30,073 bases of DNA. Origin: a virus. Lineage: Duplodnaviria; Caudoviricetes. The notes under the pieces were generated by a model. The model saw only the letters and a list, made by a program, of their open reading frames with translations. It did no database searches and was not told where the DNA came from. How positions within the stretch are numbered: the stretch's first letter is position 1; each line of letters opens with the position of its first letter. Below are positions 25,149-30,073 of the stretch, in pieces. The stretch covers positions 1 to 30,073 of IMG/VR virus record IMGVR_UViG_3300011338_000008; one strand, written 5' to 3'. The position numbers were made by a program, and so were the translations under genes.

Positions 25149-26121
25149 CCAAACTTGCACAGACGCAGAGTTCATCAAATTATGGTCAGATTTGCAGTCA
25201 GCATCTGCAATTGCCAAATATCTAAACATTCATACCAGAGCAGTTTTCTTGCGTAGACGATGGATTGAGGATCACTATAAGATCAAATTAGGCGCTTCAG
25301 ATCATCGTGGTGCTAAATATGATGCTACAAGGCCAAAATCTTTCTCACCTTTAAAGCAGATTAACCTTGGCATAGAAGACGGAACAGTCATTGTCTTCTC
25401 TGATGCTCACTTCATACCAGGTCAACGCTCTACGGCCTTTAAAGGGCTTTTATGGGCTATTCAGGAGTACAAACCAAAGGCTGTTATCTGTAATGGTGAT
25501 GCTTTTGATGGTAGCTCTATCTCTCGGCATGATCCATCTGACCAACCGCAACTCTCTGTTATTCAGGAACTGAAGGCTTGTAAAGCAGCGCTTGATGAGA
25601 TTGAGGAAGCTACTAAAGCTGAAAGACACAATGCAAAACTTATCTTTACATACGGCAATCACGATGCTAGATTTGCAAATAGACTTGCTCAACACGCACC
25701 ACAATTTAGAGATGTAGATGGCTTTAAGCTATCAGACCACATTACTAATTGGGAGTTCTGCTGGACTTGTTGGCCTACTGAAAATGTAATTGTGAAGCAT
25801 CGCTATAAAGGCGGTATTCACGCTACCCATAACAATACTGTTAACGCAGGAGTATCTATTGTGACTGGACATTTGCACTCTTTAAAAGTAACGCCATTCG
25901 CTGATTACAACGGAACTCGGTGGGGTGTTGATACTGGTACTTTAGCAGAAATAGATGGCCCACAATTCACATACGGAGAATTGAATCCATCAAATCATAG
26001 GTCAGGCTTTGCGGTGCTGACCTTTTTTAATGGCAAATTGCTTTGGCCTGAATTAGTCCATAAGTTTGATGAAGGACTTATCGAGTTCAGAGGTGAAGTG
26101 ATAGATGTGACTGAATTTTGA
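25135..26121 (+). CDS. Calcineurin-like metallophosphoesterase (start moved to 25135)
   Basis: DAH, GDAFD, GNHD, H and GHLH motifs; AAGGA RBS before ATG 25135. Confidence 0.9.
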   Translation: MGAHNQTCTDAEFIKLWSDLQSASAIAKYLNIHTRAVFLRRRWIEDHYKIKLGASDHRGAKYDATRPKSFSPLKQINLGIEDGTVIVFSDAHFIPGQRSTAFKGLLWAIQEYKPKAVICNGDAFDGSSISRHDPSDQPQLSVIQELKACKAALDEIEEATKAERHNAKLIFTYGNHDARFANRLAQHAPQFRDVDGFKLSDHITNWEFCWTCWPTENVIVKHRYKGGIHATHNNTVNAGVSIVTGHLHSLKVTPFADYNGTRWGVDTGTLAEIDGPQFTYGELNPSNHRSGFAVLTFFNGKLLWPELVHKFDEGLIEFRGEVIDVTEF

Positions 26122-26261
26122 GCGCTTGGCTAATCATTCTCACAGGGGCTATTTATGCCTATATAGCTGGTGAACAGCTATGGAAAGATAACCCACATAT
26201 GGCGATTGTGTACGCAGGGTACGCATTCTCAAATGTGGGTCTTTACTTACTTGCTAAGTAG
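26118..26261 (+). CDS. 47-aa hydrophobic peptide (TTG start; not in the ORF track)
   Basis: MSAWLIILTGAIYAYIAGEQLWKDNPHMAIVYAGYAFSNVGLYLLAK; TTGA overlap with the upstream stop; fills the gap to mazG. Confidence 0.6.
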   Translation: MSAWLIILTGAIYAYIAGEQLWKDNPHMAIVYAGYAFSNVGLYLLAK

Positions 26262-26562
26262 CGTCTTTCTGGAATACTCCGTTTGGTAAAAGAGTACCCC
26301 TACGATTCTTTATCTGATCGTATGCAACTTCCATACAGTCTACCAGATTTAGGTCTTGTAGAGCGCAATAATTAACCAGACATACCATAACATCGCCAAC
26401 AGCATCAATAACCGCTTCCCGATCTTTTTTAATCGTGGCATCTGCTAATTCTCCCATTTCAGACACAGCTTTGAGAAGCTGAGATTCTGGATTGCTATTA
26501 GGAATAATCTTTCTTTGTTGCGACCAAATAATTATTTTGTTTTCTATATCTGCATATGACAT
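26254..26562 (-). CDS. mazG: MazG-like nucleotide pyrophosphohydrolase
   Basis: QLLKAVSEMGELADA...DAVGDVMV acidic metal-binding motif; AYDQIKNRRG. Confidence 0.88.
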   Translation of the reverse strand: MSYADIENKIIIWSQQRKIIPNSNPESQLLKAVSEMGELADATIKKDREAVIDAVGDVMVCLVNYCALQDLNLVDCMEVAYDQIKNRRGTLLPNGVFQKDAT

Positions 26563-26572
26563 AAATTTCCTT

Positions 26573-27064
26573 TTAAATTGTCGAGAATTCGTGCATTTTT
26601 CTTTTTTCTAAAACATAGGCATCATGCGCTTCATCTGCTGTCGCAAAATATCCAATGTGTTTAGATTTTCCATTGGTAGTTAAAACTGCTCTGAACCGAT
26701 TTTTTACCTTGTAAACACCTTGAACACCAAGTTTGTTGTTTATCCTTGGTCTTCGTTGGTTTTGCATATTCTGAGCATCTGTAGCTTCTCTTAAATTTTC
26801 TATCTTATTATTAGATGGATTTCCATCTATATGATCTAAATGATTTTCTGGAAATTTTCCATAGTGCCACAGCCAAACTAATCTATGTAATTTATACAAT
26901 GTGTAATCAACACTTGCCAAAAAATAACCAGATTTTATAGAATGTCCTAATGCAGTTCCAGCCTTCCATCTGGAACTTCCATTTCCACGCCCTCTACTTA
27001 TTTTTCTAATAAGCAATCCATCTTTGTAATCAAACAGTTCTTTTAAGCGTTCTTGTGTGAGCAT
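26573..27064 (-). mobile_element. Free-standing HNH endonuclease with C-terminal AP2 DNA-binding domain
   Basis: MLTQERLKELFDY; HRLVW...DHIDGNPSNNKIENLREAT..QN; GVQGV...HIGYFATADEAHDAY; AT-rich. Confidence 0.92.
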
Positions 27065-27113
27065 AAAATTCCTTGGTGTTTAATGATAAATTATTATACA
27101 CCACAATCATAAC

Positions 27114-27299
27114 TCATCTTGTTCTCCTTAAAGGTTCTTGAAACTTCTCTGGTGGTGGTGGGATCATTCGCTCAGATGGTGGAGTCCATCCATGTTTCTT
27201 CCATAGTGCTTGGACATCAGAACCAGATTCCCATTTAAATTCTTTGTTAGCAACAGATGGGTAGCTAATCTTTGAGTGCGGTGGAAGTGTTACTTGCAT
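27114..27299 (-). CDS. Hypothetical protein
   Basis: 61 aa, in the leftward operon; DVQALWKKHGWTPPS. Confidence 0.65.
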   Translation of the reverse strand: MQVTLPPHSKISYPSVANKEFKWESGSDVQALWKKHGWTPPSERMIPPPPEKFQEPLRRTR

Positions 27300-27622
27300 T
27301 TCATGATCCTTTGTTTTTTACCAGAACGACCAATTCGAGTGCCTGTGATCTCGATCAATCCTTTGTCTAACAAAGCACGATATCTTGCTGTTATTGAGGA
27401 ATATGGGTACTCTGGAAACATCTCTAAGACTTCATCTGAAATACAGCCTTCAGGAAAGCCTTTAATCGCCTCATAGACGACTTGTTCCATCTTTATGGTG
27501 TCTACTGCTTGAGCTGCTTGATGGCTCGTTGTAGGGTCTTCTTGGCGTGCCAACTTAAATGCTGGTGTTCCAAAGAACCTGTCCATTGACTGCTTCATGT
27601 TGTTAAAAATATCATTCATCAT
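27290..27622 (-). CDS. Winged-helix DNA-binding protein (putative)
   Basis: AGGAG RBS; LARQEDPTTS..AA; SSITARYRALLDKGLIE..G.R wing. Confidence 0.7.
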   Translation of the reverse strand: MMNDIFNNMKQSMDRFFGTPAFKLARQEDPTTSHQAAQAVDTIKMEQVVYEAIKGFPEGCISDEVLEMFPEYPYSSITARYRALLDKGLIEITGTRIGRSGKKQRIMKCK

Positions 27623-27644
27623 TTACTCCTGTTAAAAAATTGGT

Positions 27645-27688
27645 GAGGGTACTGGCGTTCGTCCGACATTGCTGTCCGTTTTCCCCTC
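27645..27688 (-). ncRNA. Candidate small structured RNA element (stem + loop-E motif + GNRA hairpin)
   Basis: Minus strand: GAGGG-GAA-AACG-GACA-GCAA-UGUC-GGACGAACGCC-AGUA-CCCUC. Confidence 0.5.
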
Positions 27689-27695
27689 TTAAACA

Positions 27696-27935
27696 TCAAA
27701 ATGGCAGGTCGCTATCGTCAAAGTTCGTTGCTTTAGAACGCTCTGAAGGCTTTGCTTGTTGTTCTTTTGGAGACAATGCCAAGCCCATAAACTTGCCACC
27801 TTTGCCTTCCTTGATCCAAGCTGAAAGCCAATAGTCTTGGCCTCCAACTGTAATATTTCCTTTGTAATCAGGATGGTTTCCTGTTTCTTTTTTGTCGTTC
27901 TTGAACAGAACACCAGAGTTGTCACGCTTTTCCAT
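27696..27935 (-). CDS. Small SSB-like protein with acidic DLPF tail (start moved to 27935)
   Basis: GVLFKNDKK...HPDYKG...WLSAW; C-terminal DDSDLPF; adjacent to the ERF gene. Confidence 0.75.
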   Translation of the reverse strand: MEKRDNSGVLFKNDKKETGNHPDYKGNITVGGQDYWLSAWIKEGKGGKFMGLALSPKEQQAKPSERSKATNFDDSDLPF

Positions 27936-27936
27936 A

Positions 27937-28539
27937 TTAAATTTCCTTCGCTTTTTTAATTGCACTTCTTACTTTACTTGGCAACAGTCCCCACAAAGCA
28001 ACCTTTTGGTCAGCTTCTAAGTTCTCTGATTCCATCTTCTCAAGTCCTTGTTTACCATCAAGGGAAATGATCTCCATAGCCAGCTCTCTCAGATACTCCA
28101 TCTCTTCTGGTGGTAGTGTGTCTGCAATGCCTTGAGTTGGACTAATAACTACTTTCTCTTCTTTGAGTGGAGCAGAAGAATCAAGAGCATCATGCTCAAC
28201 AATCTCCATTGCTGTCACCCAAAGATAGCGCCTGGTATATGTCTCTACTGCACCAAGATTCTGGATGGGATGGCAGCCCTTTAGATTGGCTTCTGCCATT
28301 GGTGAGGTAATGATGATGTTTGTCCCGTCATCAATGTCAGTAATTGTAAGACTTGCAATCTCTGAGTCGTAAGATACGACACCACAAAGACCTACATCTG
28401 TGAATATCTGATTGATTGTTGGAATGAAATCACCAAGTTCAAAGTAAGAATAGCCAGCAAACTTGTTGTGACCAGACTTCTTAAGTGGTGCGTTTTGCAA
28501 GAGGATTCTTGCTTGCATTAACTTCTTATGTACACCCAT
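27937..28539 (-). CDS. erf: ERF-family single-strand annealing recombinase
   Basis: KSGHNKFAGYSYFEL and Q.LGAVETYTRRY...D.LD ERF motifs; AGGAG RBS. Confidence 0.88.
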   Translation of the reverse strand: MGVHKKLMQARILLQNAPLKKSGHNKFAGYSYFELGDFIPTINQIFTDVGLCGVVSYDSEIASLTITDIDDGTNIIITSPMAEANLKGCHPIQNLGAVETYTRRYLWVTAMEIVEHDALDSSAPLKEEKVVISPTQGIADTLPPEEMEYLRELAMEIISLDGKQGLEKMESENLEADQKVALWGLLPSKVRSAIKKAKEI

Positions 28540-28549
28540 TATTAACTCC

Positions 28550-28732
28550 TTAAAAATTATCGTTTAACTCTTCATCAATGATTGCTTTTTGGTCTTCGAT
28601 GTCTAAGTCTTTAAACTCGATCCAATCAGCTTCATCACAGCATGTCAATCTGTCACCTTTTGCTTCCATGCAATAGCAACAGTATTGGATGTGTGCAAAC
28701 TCTTCAACATAGGTTTGAAATAGTGTTTTCAT
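28550..28732 (-). CDS. Small Cys-rich acidic protein
   Basis: CCYC...CC; TAATG-coupled. Confidence 0.7.
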   Translation of the reverse strand: MKTLFQTYVEEFAHIQYCCYCMEAKGDRLTCCDEADWIEFKDLDIEDQKAIIDEELNDNF

Positions 28733-28935
28733 TAGTGGAGTCTTTCAAAAGCCATTTCCCAAAGAACATCGCTTGCCAGGATGGTGAGTCTATCTAACTC
28801 ATCGTCTGTCAAAGGTGTTCCATCTTCATAGCATCCACTTGAAAAGTAGGCATCAGAGAAATCTGGATAATATCCGCTGTCTACACCATCTACTTCTAGG
28901 TCTACGACCTTCTTTCCATCTAATATCGGCATCAT
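28732..28935 (-). CDS. Small acidic early protein
   Basis: AGGAG RBS; EVDGVD..YPDFSDAY...DGTPLTDDEL. Confidence 0.75.
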   Translation of the reverse strand: MMPILDGKKVVDLEVDGVDSGYYPDFSDAYFSSGCYEDGTPLTDDELDRLTILASDVLWEMAFERLH

Positions 28936-29069
28936 TTACTCCTATTAACTGTTTATCAAAGTTGTCCGTTTTTGCAATTGTCTGTTTATTCTTTAACGAA
29001 CTATGTTGAGCCAGAACGGCATTGCAACTTTTTAGCACGATGGACTTCGCACCTGAAAGCGCCCAACAC

Positions 29070-29152
29070 CTCTAATATGCCATAAGTTTTAAAATATTTA
29101 CCTAGGATAAACCCTTATATACATCACTTTTTTATAATGTTAGGCTATCGGT
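29070..29152. promoter_or_regulatory. Divergent early promoter region
   Basis: AT-rich interval between divergent operons; + strand TATAAT at 29133-29138; - strand TGgCATATT near 29074-29082; quasi-palindrome AGG-ATAAAC-CCT at 29104-29115. Confidence 0.6.
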
Positions 29153-29332
29153 ATGAACATCGAACAAATTGAACAAAAGTGCGCTGAAACATTGCTTGAT
29201 TACGCAATCACAATGGCTACAGCTTATGTAGACGAACCAGAGGACTTTAATGCCGCTATTGTGGCTCTCCTCTGTAGAACGCTCGAAAACCATTTAAACC
29301 GACCAATTAACATTCAGGAAATGTACCAATGA
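29153..29332 (+). CDS. 59-aa hypothetical protein (not in the ORF track)
   Basis: MNIEQIEQKCAETLLDYAITMATAYVDEPEDFNAAIVALLCRTLENHLNRPINIQEMYQ; ATGA-coupled to 29329. Confidence 0.65.
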   Translation: MNIEQIEQKCAETLLDYAITMATAYVDEPEDFNAAIVALLCRTLENHLNRPINIQEMYQ

Positions 29333-29703
29333 CACAAGCGCAAGTAATTAAAGCCTTACAGAATGGGCCACTAACCTCACATGAGGTAGCTAACCTAACT
29401 GGTATGCCACAAGCTACAGTCCTGTCCACAGCAAAGAAACTACGCTACCAGGGTAAGTTGAACACAGAGATTGTCAAGGTTGGTAGGTCTTGGGTTGCCA
29501 AGTACACACTTCACGATGACCTGATTGAGCATAAAAAGAAGGATGACGATGAAACTCGTTGTAAGCTAAACCCGTTTGATATCAGGAATGCCAAGGGTAT
29601 TTTTACCCCTGCTGAGTACAAAATCATGGCTGCTCAAGCAAAAAGGTTGTTTAAAGGCAACCCTTACTTTACTGCTGGCATAACAAACAATCAAAAAATC
29701 TAA
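29329..29703 (+). CDS. Winged-HTH DNA-binding protein
   Basis: VIKALQNGPLTSHEVANLTGMPQATVLSTAKKLRYQGKL. Confidence 0.8.
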   Translation: MTQAQVIKALQNGPLTSHEVANLTGMPQATVLSTAKKLRYQGKLNTEIVKVGRSWVAKYTLHDDLIEHKKKDDDETRCKLNPFDIRNAKGIFTPAEYKIMAAQAKRLFKGNPYFTAGITNNQKI

Positions 29704-29709
29704 AAAAAC

Positions 29710-29739
29710 TTGTTGACACAGCAAAAAATTGTGTACAAT
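29710..29739 (+). promoter_or_regulatory. Sigma70-like promoter
   Basis: TTGACA (29713-18) and TACAAT (29734-39); spacing is only 15 bp (alternative -35 TTGTTG at 18 bp); the predicted start coincides with the first RNA hairpin. Confidence 0.55.
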
Positions 29740-29742
29740 GAA

Positions 29743-29865
29743 ATTGTTGCTGTGAAGGGTAACAATGTTAAGGCCGTTTGCACATGCTCTCTGTCTTTCG
29801 TAAGCACCAGTAGTGGTGTGTTTACGAAAGACCTTCACCAGAGGGCAGTTGCAAGCGGCTTTTTT
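29743..29865 (+). ncRNA. Structured RNA leader with loop-bulge pseudoknot and terminal U tract
   Basis: Stems 29743-50/29759-66, 29770-82/29850-62, 29785-93/29839-47 and 29794-807/29818-31; all non-Watson-Crick pairs are G-U on the + strand; loop GTGAAGG is complementary to bulge CCTTCAC. Confidence 0.75.
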
Positions 29866-30073
29866 ATTTCCTCCATGGCTTCCGTACTCCACACGATAGC
29901 AGCGCATTTGCATGGATGGCTTGGAAGAAAACACCGACATCAGGACACACCCCCTGTTTGCCGACCAGCGTTGGTTAAGCGACTGGTAAAGCATTTGGTA
30001 CATCGGTGGTAACAAGGCCAAATGTATAAGCGAATTAACTCGTCATGCGCACTTGGGGCGTTTTGTATTTAAG

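Noticed and set aside
226-25704. Numerous short antisense or alternate-frame ORFs inside structural genes
   Set aside because: Shadow ORFs of biased coding sequence, with no RBS or motifs (exceptions kept: Rz1 and the HNH)
28815-29038. ORFs 28853..29038 (-) and 28815..29009 (+)
   Set aside because: They overlap a better-supported gene, lack an RBS and span what looks like a non-coding leader
29040-29066. Hammerhead ribozyme suggested by CTGAAAG
   Set aside because: It does not match the CUGANGA...GAAA core with the three required stems
29710-30012. ORFs 29710..30012 (+) and 29566..30021 (-) as proteins
   Set aside because: They overlap a promoter and the long RNA helices, lack an RBS and have atypical composition
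1-30073. Stop-codon reassignment
   Set aside because: Core genes are intact under the standard code, and TAA, TGA and TAG all appear as real stops

Overview
About 30 kb of a tailed dsDNA phage with a short-tailed, P22-like podovirus gene order. The + strand carries terS, terL, portal, an inserted fibre/lectin module, scaffold, major capsid protein, a cluster of small Lys-rich proteins, tail adaptor and nozzle, a second fibre module and three putative ejection proteins. These are followed by a long, translationally coupled lysis cassette (nested Rz/Rz1 spanins, GH19 endolysin), a HEXXH protein and a metallophosphoesterase. A leftward early operon (ERF recombinase, SSB-like protein, HTH protein, HNH-AP2, MazG) diverges from a rightward operon at about 29.1 kb. 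The spanins imply a Gram-negative host; a freshwater betaproteobacterial host is only my impression. No integrase, DNA polymerase, tRNA or CRISPR array was seen. Main observations: (1) a strongly base-paired RNA with a perfect 7-nt loop-bulge kissing interaction at 29743-29865, followed by a second probable structured region; (2) two paralogous adaptor + 'MFAA'-start tip modules, one beside the portal and one at the tail; (3) an antisense HNH gene that truncates a small gene and supplies a replacement 5' end through a shared CATG start; (4) a small RNA element with a GNRA loop and loop-E motif, sharing repeats with the early leader. All family calls come from motif recognition by eye; no database searches were run.
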